Below are positions 9,848 through 18,821 of a DNA stretch of 62,236 nucleotides, in pieces. Positions within the stretch are counted from its first letter, which is position 1; each line of letters starts with the position of its first letter. The position numbers were made by a program, and so were the translations under genes. The notes under the pieces are model-generated. The model worked only from the letters and a program-made list of their open reading frames with translations. It had not been told where the DNA came from and searched no databases. Source of the DNA: Candidatus Omnitrophota bacterium (GTDB lineage: Bacteria; Omnitrophota; Omnitrophia; Omnitrophales; Aquincolibacteriaceae); assembly GCA_043808175.1 (NCBI GenBank), contig JAZDFE010000010.1, forward strand, positions 1 through 62,236, read 5' to 3'.

Positions 9848-10000
9848 TCAAGAGAAGGAGGCAGCGTCCTTGTATTGCGCTTTCACAAAAAGATCGTGAC
9901 CCTGGTAGTAGCAAATATCGGCTTGCTGGGTCATGTGATAAGCACCCGTCGTTGCAGCCGCGGTCAGGATCAAAGCCGCAATGATGATAAAACTTTTCAT
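9848..10000 (-). CDS. Possible 50-aa signal-peptide ORF upstream of tpsB (below the track cut-off)
   Basis: ATG at 10000. Translation is MKSFIIIAALILTAAATTGAYHMTQQADICYYQGHDLFVKAQYKDAASFS, then stop. The N-terminus is hydrophobic and signal-like. No family recognised. It overlaps only the doubtful N-terminal extension of the tpsB ORF. Confidence 0.2.
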   Translation of the reverse strand: MKSFIIIAALILTAAATTGAYHMTQQADICYYQGHDLFVKAQYKDAASFS

Positions 10001-10213
10001 TTTACCCTTTCATGCCCCATGTCGTTGATGTGAAGAATTCTTGTCGGTGGGCTGAAGACCCGCTATAATCCCGTTGATTTTTCCCGCCCTTTGATCGCAT
10101 ATCCTCCATTGGGGGATGGTGCCCCGGCCGCAGATCAGCCGGGACTGCGGATGATGAATATTGACGTAGCGATGACAGACTACCGCAAGCAAGTTTGATT
10201 TCATAGCGTTTAT

Positions 10214-10284
10214 TGGGGGATGGTGTAACGGTAGCACCGGTGACTCTGGATCACCTAGTCTAGGTTCAAATCCTAGTCCCCCAG
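10214..10284 (+). tRNA. tRNA-Gln (anticodon CTG)
   Basis: Sequence is TGGGGGATGGTGTAACGGTAGCACCGGTGACTCTGGATCACCTAGTCTAGGTTCAAATCCTAGTCCCCCAG. The acceptor pairs TGGGGGA/TCCCCCA. The anticodon stem is GGTGA/TCACC with loop CTCTGGA. T-loop is GGTTCAAATCC. CCA is not encoded. Confidence 0.9.
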
Positions 10285-10320
10285 CTTCGTAGACAGCATT
10301 CCAGAAGCTGTCACGAAGCT

Positions 10321-10345
10321 GTACTTGCGCAATGAGCGCAAGTGC
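10321..10345. repeat. Conserved hairpin GTACTTGCGC-N5-GCGCAAGTGC (copy 1 of 2)
   Basis: 10-bp stem including one G-T wobble. The same two arms recur at 58143-58168. It lies between tRNA-Gln and the glnS stop, flanked by two further hairpins: 10289-10320 (CAGCTTCGT.../...ACGAAGCTG type) and 10349-10368 (TCTGCC/GGCAGA). Confidence 0.7.
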
Positions 10346-10369
10346 AGTTCTGCCCGTTTCCCGGCAGAA

Positions 10370-12058
10370 TTATTTCTGCGCCTTTTCGATCTTCTCCCAC
10401 GTATCCCGCAGGGTGACTGTGCGATTGAAAACCGGCCGGCTGGGTTTGGAATCGATGGGATCCACGAAAAAATAGCCGAGCCGTTCGAACTGGAACCGCT
10501 CCCCGGGTTTCGCGTCCTTCAAGCTGGGCTCAAGAAGCGTCTCAGAAACTGTCTCGAGAGATCTGGGATTGAGATTCATCAGAATATCCCGGCCTTCCGG
10601 GACGTTGCCCGGATCTTTCGCAGCAAACAAGTGATCATAGAGCCGGACTTCGCTTTTGAAAACATGTTTGGCGGAGACCCAATGGATCGTGCCTTTCACT
10701 TTGCGTCCGTCCAGAGGATTGTTGCCTCCGCGTGTCTCGGGATCGTACGTGCAGTGAAGCTCTGCGACCTTGCCGGAAGCGTTTTTAATGACTTTTTCAC
10801 ATTTAATGAAATACCCGTAACGCAAGCGGACTTCCCCGCCCGGCACGAGCCGGAAAAACTTCTTGGGCGCGTCCTCGCGGAAATCATCCCTTTCGATATA
10901 AAGCTCGCGGGAAAACGGAAGCTTCCTTGACCCAGCCGCCGGATCCTCGGGATTGTTCACGGCCTCCATCTCCTCAGTCTTTCCTTCCGGATAATTTGTG
11001 ATCACGACCTTGAGCGGGTCGAGCACAGCCATGACACGCGGCGCTGTCTTATTAAGTTCTTCCCTGATGGAATTCTCGAGCACCACCATGTCGATCGTAC
11101 TATTGAATTTCGCAACACCGATCTTGTCGCAAAACGCGCGGATCGAAGAGGGCGTATAACCCCGACGCCGGAAACCGGAGATCGTAGGCATCCGGGGATC
11201 GTCCCAACCGGTAACCGTTTTCTGCTGCACAAGTTTGAGAAGAATGCGTTTGCTCAGAAGCGTGTAGGAAAGATTGAGGCGGGCGAATTCGATCTGCTGC
11301 GGACGGTGGATGCCGAGTTCGATCAGGAACCAATCGTAAAGCGGACGGTTATTCTCGAATTCGAGCGTACAGAGCGAATGCGTGATCCCTTCGATGGAAT
11401 CCGAGATGCAATGCGTAAAATCGTACAGGGGGTAGATGCACCACTTGTCCCCGGTCCTGTGATGCGAGGCTCTTTTGATCCGATACATCGTAGGATCGCG
11501 CATCGTAATGTTCGAGGATGCCATATCGATTTTTGCCCTGAGAACGCGCGTACCGTCCGGAAACTCTCCTTGGCGCATCCGCTCGAAAAGATCCAGGTTC
11601 TCTTCGATTGAGCGGTCGCGGTTCGGGCTCGGCTTCCCAGGCGCCGTTAGGGTACCGCGATGCTGTCGCTGTTCGTCCGCGCTGAGGTCGCAGACATAGG
11701 CCTTTCCTTTTTTGATCAGTGTGAGGGCATGCTGATAAAGCTGATCGAAATAGTCCGAGGCGTAATACTCCCGGTCCCCCCAATCAAAACCAAGCCAATG
11801 GACGTCTTCGCGGATCGAATCAACGTACTCGACTTCTTCCTTCTCGGGATTTGTGTCGTCAAAACGGAGGTTGCAGAGCCCCTGATAGTCGCGAGCGATC
11901 CCGAAACTGATGCAAATGGCCTTGGCATGTCCGATATGAAGATAACCGTTCGGCTCGGGAGGAAAGCGCGTATGCACACGCCCGCCGTGCTTGCCGTTCT
12001 CGCGGTCTTTGTCGATGATGTCGCGTATGAAATTGGAAGGTGTCTTGGGTATTTCCAT
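10370..12058 (-). CDS. glnS: Glutamine--tRNA ligase
   Basis: 562 aa. [63 protein letters not shown] closely matches the E. coli GlnRS N-terminus. HIGH motif present, and LLSKR is the KMSKS equivalent. Confidence 0.95.
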   Translation of the reverse strand: MEIPKTPSNFIRDIIDKDRENGKHGGRVHTRFPPEPNGYLHIGHAKAICISFGIARDYQGLCNLRFDDTNPEKEEVEYVDSIREDVHWLGFDWGDREYYASDYFDQLYQHALTLIKKGKAYVCDLSADEQRQHRGTLTAPGKPSPNRDRSIEENLDLFERMRQGEFPDGTRVLRAKIDMASSNITMRDPTMYRIKRASHHRTGDKWCIYPLYDFTHCISDSIEGITHSLCTLEFENNRPLYDWFLIELGIHRPQQIEFARLNLSYTLLSKRILLKLVQQKTVTGWDDPRMPTISGFRRRGYTPSSIRAFCDKIGVAKFNSTIDMVVLENSIREELNKTAPRVMAVLDPLKVVITNYPEGKTEEMEAVNNPEDPAAGSRKLPFSRELYIERDDFREDAPKKFFRLVPGGEVRLRYGYFIKCEKVIKNASGKVAELHCTYDPETRGGNNPLDGRKVKGTIHWVSAKHVFKSEVRLYDHLFAAKDPGNVPEGRDILMNLNPRSLETVSETLLEPSLKDAKPGERFQFERLGYFFVDPIDSKPSRPVFNRTVTLRDTWEKIEKAQK

Positions 12059-12088
12059 GGGTGGGATTATATCAAAAACAAGAACTCC

Positions 12089-13369
12089 CTAGGCAAGAAA
12101 GCGCTGCAGGCGCTCGAGACAGGCCGCTTTACCGAGAAGACTCATGAGCTCAAAAATACCCGGACTGGCGGTGCCTCCCGTGAGGACAAAGCGCAGCGGG
12201 TGGATGATGTCCTTGGGTTTCAGACCTGCGGCCTCGGCTACCTGCTTCGTTTTTTGATCTAAGGTTTGAACATCCTCGAAATCACCTACCTCCCCGAGAA
12301 CTTCGTTCAACTGCTTGAGAAGTCCCATCACGGACGCATTGTTTTTGATCGCCGCCATGGGTTGAGGATCCTTATACTCGGGCGAAGCAAAGCAATAAGC
12401 CGCTTGGTCCTTTAACTCTCCGTAAGTCTGGATACGAGGCCGGTAAAGCGTAATGAGTTTCCGCCATTTCTCTTCCGGGACCGGATCGATCTTATCTTTC
12501 CAGAACTCGGCGATCTGCTTTTCATAGTCTTCGCCCGGGATCGCACGGATGTGCTGGCCGTTCACCCAAAGAAGTTTTTCGGGATTGAATTGAGCGTTCG
12601 ATTTGATCACACGTTTAAGGGAAAATTGCTTCACAAGTTCCGGAAGCGAAAAGATCTCTTGCGGCGTTCCGGGGTTCCAGCCGAGAAGCGCCAGATAATT
12701 GACAAGCCCTTGCGGGAGGAATCCTTTGTTGCGGTATTCTGTCACCGCTACCGCTCCGTGACGCTTGGAAAGCGGGGTTCCGTCCGACCCGAAAATAAGC
12801 GGAAGGTGCGCATATTTCGGCGATTTCCAACCCAAAGCCTGTTGGAGCAGGATATGCCGCGGTGTATTTGGAAGATGGTCTTCCCCGCGTACCACGTGCG
12901 TGATCCCCATGTCATGGTCATCCACGATCACCGCGAGATGGAACACCGGATACCCGTCCGATTTCATGATGACGAGGTCATCGAACTCTTTAGAATCGTA
13001 AGTCACTTCCCCGCGGACAATGTCGTAGACCTTGACCTCGGTCTGCGGGATCTTGAACTTGATGGCTCCCTCAAATTCATAGGCGAGACCTTTGGAGACC
13101 AGTTCTCGCGCGACCTCATGGTAACGTTCAAGCCGCTTGCTTTGATAGACCAACTCTTCATCCCACTCAAGCCCGAGCCATCGGAGCGATCCCAGGATCT
13201 CCTGTTCAAATTCAGGTGTCGAGCGCTGACGGTCGGTGTCTTCGATACGCAGCAGGAATTTTCCACCCTGCTGGCGGGCATAGAGATAGTTAAAAAGTGC
13301 GGTGCGGACGCCGCCAATATGAAGATACCCCGTCGGGGACGGAGCAAATCGAACTCGAATGTCGGACAT
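12089..13369 (-). CDS. gltX: Glutamate--tRNA ligase
   Basis: 426 aa. Contains RVRFAPSPTGYLHIGGVRTALFNYLYAR (HIGH), FLLRIEDTD and PLSKRHG (KMSKS). Confidence 0.93.
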   Translation of the reverse strand: MSDIRVRFAPSPTGYLHIGGVRTALFNYLYARQQGGKFLLRIEDTDRQRSTPEFEQEILGSLRWLGLEWDEELVYQSKRLERYHEVARELVSKGLAYEFEGAIKFKIPQTEVKVYDIVRGEVTYDSKEFDDLVIMKSDGYPVFHLAVIVDDHDMGITHVVRGEDHLPNTPRHILLQQALGWKSPKYAHLPLIFGSDGTPLSKRHGAVAVTEYRNKGFLPQGLVNYLALLGWNPGTPQEIFSLPELVKQFSLKRVIKSNAQFNPEKLLWVNGQHIRAIPGEDYEKQIAEFWKDKIDPVPEEKWRKLITLYRPRIQTYGELKDQAAYCFASPEYKDPQPMAAIKNNASVMGLLKQLNEVLGEVGDFEDVQTLDQKTKQVAEAAGLKPKDIIHPLRFVLTGGTASPGIFELMSLLGKAACLERLQRFLA

Positions 13370-13402
13370 AAAGAGACCTCAGACTGAAGACCTAAGACCG
13401 CA

Positions 13403-13569
13403 GTCCCAATTCCTATCAATTTCCGCGAAGCTGAAATTGGGGCAGTCCTGATTACCGTCCAAACTTTTCATTTCTTTTCAAAAACGGTAGTTTGGACGGC
13501 CCCAATCTCAGCTCTGCTTCGATTGATTGGTATTGGGACCGTTATTAAAAAGAAAATAAAAATCAGGAC
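13403..13569. repeat. Composite REPIN/MITE-like element: one double-hairpin unit with a second, inverted unit nested in its hairpin-2 loop
   Basis: Unit 1 core is 13403-13443 (GTCCCAATTCCTATCAATTTCCGCGAAGCTGAAATTGGGGC). Its hairpin-2 arms are AGTCCTGATT (13444-13453) and AATCAGGAC (13561-13569). Between those arms lies an inverted unit. It has hairpin CCGTCCAAAC (13455-13464) / GTTTGGACGG (13490-13499) and core 13499-13539, which is the reverse complement of GTCCCAATACCAATCAATCGAAGCAGAGCTGAGATTGGGGC. Confidence 0.8.
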
Positions 13570-13611
13570 AGACTGTGTTTGCAATCTTGAGATTTGTGAA
13601 GAAAAAAACCA

Positions 13612-13995
13612 TCATAACGAGTAAGCAGGACCGCGACGCGCGACAGTATGGATCAACGATTTGACGCGATCAAGATCCAAGGGCTTTCTCAAGCAGGCCA
13701 TGGCCCCAAGACGCAGGATCTTTTTTTCATTGGACTCCGTCATAAAACCCGTGATCAAGGCCACCGGTACCCGGCTGAAATGGCGGATCCGCTCCAGGAC
13801 TTTTTTCCCGTCCATGAATGGCATCGAGGAATCAAGGAAGACAAGATGGTAATGATGGGTTTGTATCTTCTGAAGCCCTTCCTTGCCGTTCAGGGCGCAA
13901 TCCACCTCATAGCCTTCCTGCTCGAGGGTCTCACGGAACTCCTCGCAGATCATTTTTTCGTCGTCGACGATCAAGAGTTTAACGATGGTCTTCAC
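13612..13995 (-). CDS. Stand-alone response-regulator receiver (CheY-like) protein
   Basis: 127 aa. Contains KLLIVDDEKMICEEF...HLVFLDSSMPFMDGKKVLERIR...ALITGF...LRKP, covering the acidic pocket, the phospho-acceptor Asp context and the conserved Lys. Confidence 0.85.
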   Translation of the reverse strand: MKTIVKLLIVDDEKMICEEFRETLEQEGYEVDCALNGKEGLQKIQTHHYHLVFLDSSMPFMDGKKVLERIRHFSRVPVALITGFMTESNEKKILRLGAMACLRKPLDLDRVKSLIHTVARRGPAYSL

Positions 13996-14040
13996 CCCGA
14001 GAAAATAAGAAGCGCGGAAGGCGCTAACGGTCTTTAAACA

Positions 14041-14877
14041 CTATTCGACATCAGGGAACTTGAAATTTTCCCTGAGCGTCTGGAGATAACTCCGCTTCGT
14101 GCTCTTCACCAGAGACAGAGGCATGTGGAAGCGAGTCACTTCGACACTATAGCTATCGTCGATTTCGATCTTTTCTTGACCGTCGGCCGTAAGGAGGGCT
14201 TTTTCGTCGGGGTTTTCCGTGCGGATACGAATCGTGATCTTTTCATCCGCCCCGATCACCAGGGCGCGAAGGTTGAGGGCATGCGGACAGATGGGCGTAA
14301 TGAGGATCGCCTCGAGTTTGGGATGCACCACGGCGCCTCCCGCAGACAGCGAATAGGCCGTGGAACCCGTCGGGGAGGCGATCACGACCCCGTCGCCGCG
14401 GAAACTCGTGAATTTCTCCCCTGAGATCGTAACGTCAAGCTGAAGGATGCGGGCCAGTCCTTCACGGCTGATCACGATATCATTGAGAGCAATAAACCGC
14501 CGGTCCAGATCAGCCTTCTTGCTTTTCGCGGTGCAGGAAAGCATCAGACGGTTCTCAACTGCCGGTTTCTGGAGAAGATACGCGTTCAACTCCTCAAAAA
14601 CCTCTTCGGCCTTGGCCTCGGTCAGGAATCCGAGTTTCCCAAAATTCACACCCAGGATCGGCACTACGCGACTCTTCATATGGCTTATGGCCGAAAGGAT
14701 AGTTCCATCTCCGCCGAGACAAACCAAAAGAGTCGAGCTTTCGATCAGATCATCGAGTGAAACGGTCAGAGAATCCCGGACGGGAATGTCCCGTTTTGTG
14801 AGCCAACTTTTAAGCTTTTCGCAAAGCTCCGGCGCGCCTTCTTTCTTCTGATTGACAACGATCCCGATCTTTTCCAT
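14041..14877 (-). CDS. nadK: NAD kinase
   Basis: 278 aa. Contains LLVCLGGDGTILSA, NFGKLGFLTE and VVIASPTGSTAYSLSAGG. Confidence 0.9.
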   Translation of the reverse strand: MEKIGIVVNQKKEGAPELCEKLKSWLTKRDIPVRDSLTVSLDDLIESSTLLVCLGGDGTILSAISHMKSRVVPILGVNFGKLGFLTEAKAEEVFEELNAYLLQKPAVENRLMLSCTAKSKKADLDRRFIALNDIVISREGLARILQLDVTISGEKFTSFRGDGVVIASPTGSTAYSLSAGGAVVHPKLEAILITPICPHALNLRALVIGADEKITIRIRTENPDEKALLTADGQEKIEIDDSYSVEVTRFHMPLSLVKSTKRSYLQTLRENFKFPDVE

Positions 14878-14984
14878 TTTCCGAACGCTCCTCTCATAAA
14901 AACGGGGTTATTCTAAACTCCTTCGGGCACACCTTCAAGAAAGCTTTTTATCCGGCAATTCCCATGTTTTATCGAATAGGACAG

Positions 14985-15262
14985 GCGGAATTTCCAAGAA
15001 TCCTGAAGCGCGCTCCGAGGGTTGAGCGGGCAAGGTGGCGGACAGAAGGCCTGTCGTCACCGGCGGCCGCTTTTTCCTGCGAGAATCGACCGCCTTCGAA
15101 TCTCGCCCCTGGGACCTGCTCTTCGGAGCAGGACCAAGCTCCCAGGGTCTCGAACGCTGCCTCCCGGCCTTCTGTCCGCCGAGCAAGACCTGAGGCGCGA
15201 GAGAGTTTTTTCTTGCTGGGGAAAAACGAACGGCGAAGAAGGATTGCTTGGAAATTCCGATG
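14985..15262. ncRNA. Candidate structured RNA or palindromic element (class unknown)
   Basis: Outer stem is CGGAATTTCCAAGAATCC (14985-15002) with GGATTGCTTGGAAATTCCG (15244-15262). A perfect 15-bp inner stem pairs GGCGGACAGAAGGCC (about 15037-15051) with GGCCTTCTGTCCGCC (about 15166-15180). Nested helices include CCCTGGGA[CCTGCTC-TTCG-GAGCAGG]...TCCCAGGG and GCGAGA...TCTCGC. The region is a GC-rich non-coding gap between nadK and the ybcJ-like gene. Confidence 0.3.
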
Positions 15263-15274
15263 ACTGTCCCCTTT

Positions 15275-15487
15275 TTATTGCACAACGATGGTCTGCCCGC
15301 CGAACTCCACGCGCTGCCCTCTGCGAACCTTGCAAGCCTTACGCGTCTCAACCTGCCCGTCGACTTTCACTTCCGACTGCGAGACCGCACATTTCGCTAT
15401 TCCCCCGCTTTCGCACAGTCCCGTCACTTTGAGAAGCTTGAAAAGCTCGATATATTCCGTGGTGAGGACAAAAGAGATCGGGCCCAT
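15275..15487 (-). CDS. S4-domain RNA-binding protein (YbcJ-like)
   Basis: 70 aa. Contains LFKLLKVTGLCESGGIAKCAVSQSEVKVDGQVETRKACKVRRGQRVEF. Confidence 0.75.
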   Translation of the reverse strand: MGPISFVLTTEYIELFKLLKVTGLCESGGIAKCAVSQSEVKVDGQVETRKACKVRRGQRVEFGGQTIVVQ

Positions 15488-15538
15488 CGAAACTCCAAAA
15501 GGTTACCGAATTAGTAAGCTAGTACACCTGGTACTGTT

Positions 15539-15850
15539 CTAAAACTTCTTGGAAAGGGTAAGAAAATAAACTGCCGTCCCGAGATTGAGGATCAGCCAGA
15601 CGAGCGGCGTCAAAGGGGCCGGGACGAAAGGGTTGAAGAGCAGGACCAGGACCCCCAGGGGCCAAAAATGCCGGCTCAGCTGCGGTTCGTCCCTGAAATT
15701 CAGGGCCCCGTAGACCGCGGCCCCGCAAACGACCCATTTGAGCAGGAGGTAAAAGGCGTAGGGCATCGTGGGAAAGACCGCGAAGCAGAGCATCAGCGCC
15801 GCCATCAGCAGCGCAATCTTCAGTTTTTTTGCGTGAGTTTTAAGGTCCAT
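15539..15850 (-). CDS. Small integral membrane protein, function unknown
   Basis: 103 aa with three hydrophobic spans. No family recognised. Confidence 0.6.
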   Translation of the reverse strand: MDLKTHAKKLKIALLMAALMLCFAVFPTMPYAFYLLLKWVVCGAAVYGALNFRDEPQLSRHFWPLGVLVLLFNPFVPAPLTPLVWLILNLGTAVYFLTLSKKF

Positions 15851-15853
15851 CGT

Positions 15854-16810
15854 TCACTCTCCCGTCCGGCACTTGCATTCCGGGCATTCCCTCTCCACGT
15901 CCAGCATGAGCTCACCGCAAGAGGGGCAATACCGGGCCCCTTCGATCTTTTTTCTCATTTTGGGAGCGAGAAAACGGAGGACCGCGTAAAAAGCGGCGAT
16001 CAGGACGGCCCCTCCCGTGAAGAAAAGCTTGTATTCGGTCTCCGGCGAAACAAAAAACGGAAGTCCCGCGAAAAGATGAGCGGCCCAGAGCGCGTACGCC
16101 AGGACGCAAAGGACATAAAAACTCACGAAAAAATAGGAAATCACGGGCGGGAATTCGGCGCCGGTCAGGCGAAGGAGGATCAAAACAAGAAGACCGCCCA
16201 CCACGACCAGAGGCAGGATGAGATTGATCCTTTGGCCGGCCGGGGATCCCTCAAGCATGGCCATGGAGCGTTCCCGGCGCAGGGCGAACCCGATCTTCGA
16301 TTCGGGCAAAGGGATCTTCCAGGCCGCAAAGCGCGCTTCCACATAATCCCGGAAGACCCGCAGGGCGGACCGGCTGATCAGCTCATTTTCTTCGCGCGCG
16401 AGCGTCAGGCTGTTCCTGTAAAATCCGGCATAAGCCCGGGCGGCTTTTTCGCGCGCGCCGGTCCTCTCAAGCGCGGCCCCGAGCAATAAATAGGCCAATC
16501 GGTTTCCGTCGAATTTTTTCGAGGCCTCCCGGAGCAGCGGAACCGCACCGTCGATATCCCCCCGGTCCGCGAGGAGCAGGACGGCCTCCGCGGTTAGCTG
16601 GTAGGAATCGTTGATGCTTTTAATCCTGGAAAACCGGCTCCGTGCCAGTTCCACGGCTTTCCGGGCCGAGAGGCTGAGTTCCTGGCGGAACTCGGTCTGG
16701 TCACGGTCCCATCCCGGGGCCGGCCCGTCATGGAACAACTCCGGCTCTTCGCAGGCCGCAGCCCGTAAGAACAGCATCATGAAAAGGATTAGAAGGGAAA
16801 GTTTTTTCAT
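15854..16810 (-). CDS. Membrane protein with signal peptide, TPR-like segment, multiple TM helices and a C-terminal zinc ribbon
   Basis: 318 aa. MKKLSLLILFMMLFLRAAA is a signal peptide. The C-terminus carries YCPSCGELMLDVERECPECKC. Confidence 0.6.
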   Translation of the reverse strand: MKKLSLLILFMMLFLRAAACEEPELFHDGPAPGWDRDQTEFRQELSLSARKAVELARSRFSRIKSINDSYQLTAEAVLLLADRGDIDGAVPLLREASKKFDGNRLAYLLLGAALERTGAREKAARAYAGFYRNSLTLAREENELISRSALRVFRDYVEARFAAWKIPLPESKIGFALRRERSMAMLEGSPAGQRINLILPLVVVGGLLVLILLRLTGAEFPPVISYFFVSFYVLCVLAYALWAAHLFAGLPFFVSPETEYKLFFTGGAVLIAAFYAVLRFLAPKMRKKIEGARYCPSCGELMLDVERECPECKCRTGE

Positions 16811-16832
16811 CGAAAGATCCCCTGATACTGTG

Positions 16833-18734
16833 CTAGGCCGGTTGCTTCCTCTGGGGGTGCAGTTCTCTCAAGACCGACGCGGTGATCTTTTCGGGAGAGA
16901 GGCCGAATTCATCGAGCTGGGCGTCGCGGGAACCGTGTTCGATGAATTCATCCGGCAGGGCGAAGCGTTTGAGCGGGACATTGCGGATGTTCTTTTCTTC
17001 CAAGAACTCCAGAACTTTGGAACCGAATCCGCCTGCACCGACATGTTCCTCCAGGATGAAAAGGAATTTCGTTTCTTTGAGAGAGTCCAGGATCAGTTGC
17101 TCGTCGAGGGGACGGGCAAAACGCATGTTTACGACGCGGGCGGAAACACCTTCTTTTTCAAGAAGCGCGTGCGCCTTGCAGGCTGTCTCCACCATGCTCC
17201 CGAGAGCGAGAAGGGTGACATCCCCGCCGTCCAAGAGCAATTCCCCTTCTCCCACATCGAAACTTTTTCTTGGAAAAGCGTCGAACATCTTGGGGATGTT
17301 TGCCCGCGGATAACGGATCGCAAAAACCGACGCGTGGTTCAAGGCAAGCTCCATCATTTTTTCCATTTCATATTCATCGATGGGCGAAGCCAGCACAATG
17401 CCCGGCACAGATCCCAGATAGGCGAGATCGAAGATCCCCTGATGGGTGGCGCCATCCGCGCCGACAAGGCCTGCGCGATCGATCCCGATCACGATGCTTT
17501 GACGCTGAAGCGCGACGTCATGCATAATGGAATCATGGGCACGTTGCAAAAAAGACGAGTAGATCGCGACGACGGGCTTGAGACCTCCCCGCGCGAGAGC
17601 TCCCGCAAAAGTAACAGCATGTTGTTCCGCGATCCCGACGTCAAAAAAGCGCTCGGGAAATTCCTTCTGGAATTGGATCAGCCCGGTCCCCGACGGCATC
17701 GCTGCCGTGATCGCGACCACTTTGGGATTCCTTCGCGCGTGTTTGGAAAGAGCGTCGGCAAAGGCCTGGGTGTAGGAGACGCCCGTGACGTCGCTCTTTG
17801 AGGACGCGACCTCGATCTTTTCTCCGGTCTTTACGTCAAAAGGGCCGACGCCATGCCCTTTCTCCTCGTCATTTTCGGCGAACGCGCAACCCTTCCCTTT
17901 TTTCGTGAGAATATGAAGAAAACTGCAAGAGTTGAGGGCCAGCACATCACGCAAGGTTTTTACTAAATCCACGACGTTGTGCCCATCCACAGGCCCGAAA
18001 TACCGAAACCCCAGCTCCTCAAAAATGATCCCGGGCACAAAAAGGTGCTTCATGCCTTCAAGCGAAGCGTTGGAGAATTTCTTAAGACGCGGAAAACGGC
18101 TGAGCTGTTTTTCGACTTCCCCGCGAATGCGGTTGTAGAGGGGGTTGGTAATGACCCGGTTGAGGTAGCGGCTCATCCCTCCCACGTTCTTTGCGATGGA
18201 CATCTCGTTATCGTTCAGAATGATGAGCATGTTCTTCTTGAGCTGCCCGGCGCTGTTCAGGGCTTCAAAAGAAAGTCCCGAGGTCATGGCGCCGTCTCCG
18301 ACCACGGCCACGACTTTTTCATTTCCTTTTTTGATGTCACGGGCGGCGGCGAGCCCTAGGGCTTGCGAGATCGCGGTGCCGGCATGGCCGACGATGAAAG
18401 GGTCATGCGCGTTCTCCCACGGGGCGGGAAAACCGCTTAAGCCTCCGGGCTGGCGCAGGGTGTTCATCCGGTCCTTGCGTCCGGTGATCATTTTATGAAC
18501 ATAGGCCTGGTGCCCGACATCCCAGCAGATCTTGTCTTCGGGAGAATTGAGGACATAGTGGAGAGCGATCGAGAGCTCCAGAACACCCAGGCTCGCGCCC
18601 AGATGCCCGCCGGTTTTGGCTACGGATTCGATCAGAAATTGGCGGTACTCCGCAGCGACCTCCGGAAGTTTCTCCAGAGGCACTTGCTTCAAGTCCTGCG
18701 GGCTCTTTATTTTATCGATCCAGTTTATTTCCAT
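16833..18734 (-). CDS. dxs: 1-deoxy-D-xylulose-5-phosphate synthase
   Basis: 633 aa. Contains GGHLGASLGVLELSIALHYV, DVGHQAYVHKMITGR, VVAVVGDGAMTSG and the ILNDNEMSI thiamine-diphosphate motifs. Confidence 0.95.
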   Translation of the reverse strand: MEINWIDKIKSPQDLKQVPLEKLPEVAAEYRQFLIESVAKTGGHLGASLGVLELSIALHYVLNSPEDKICWDVGHQAYVHKMITGRKDRMNTLRQPGGLSGFPAPWENAHDPFIVGHAGTAISQALGLAAARDIKKGNEKVVAVVGDGAMTSGLSFEALNSAGQLKKNMLIILNDNEMSIAKNVGGMSRYLNRVITNPLYNRIRGEVEKQLSRFPRLKKFSNASLEGMKHLFVPGIIFEELGFRYFGPVDGHNVVDLVKTLRDVLALNSCSFLHILTKKGKGCAFAENDEEKGHGVGPFDVKTGEKIEVASSKSDVTGVSYTQAFADALSKHARRNPKVVAITAAMPSGTGLIQFQKEFPERFFDVGIAEQHAVTFAGALARGGLKPVVAIYSSFLQRAHDSIMHDVALQRQSIVIGIDRAGLVGADGATHQGIFDLAYLGSVPGIVLASPIDEYEMEKMMELALNHASVFAIRYPRANIPKMFDAFPRKSFDVGEGELLLDGGDVTLLALGSMVETACKAHALLEKEGVSARVVNMRFARPLDEQLILDSLKETKFLFILEEHVGAGGFGSKVLEFLEEKNIRNVPLKRFALPDEFIEHGSRDAQLDEFGLSPEKITASVLRELHPQRKQPA

Positions 18735-18821
18735 ACTTTTTTATTATTTTCGCTCTTAACGAGCTGTTTTCACTTTAACTTGCTCAAAGCGCAAAGAAAA
18801 ACCACCTGACGCTCCGCGCTA

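Noticed and set aside
9738-9914. N-terminal extensions of track ORFs: tpsB to 9914, ispA to 19712, the 40154 gene to 41065, mnmA to 48469 and the lipoprotein to 50867
   Set aside because: Internal starts give proper signal peptides or conserved N-termini (for example the PP-loop right after MKRKEQ in MnmA). They also remove overlaps with upstream genes or AT-rich promoter DNA.
14880-15275. Tested whether the structured region is RNase P RNA, tmRNA, SRP RNA or a common riboswitch
   Set aside because: On both strands I found none of the following: GGAAAGTCC (P4), a tRNA-like 3' end with CCA, the GGAA-tetraloop domain IV motif, a B12 box, or a TPP-type CUGAGA/ACCUGA pair. It is kept only as an unclassified candidate.
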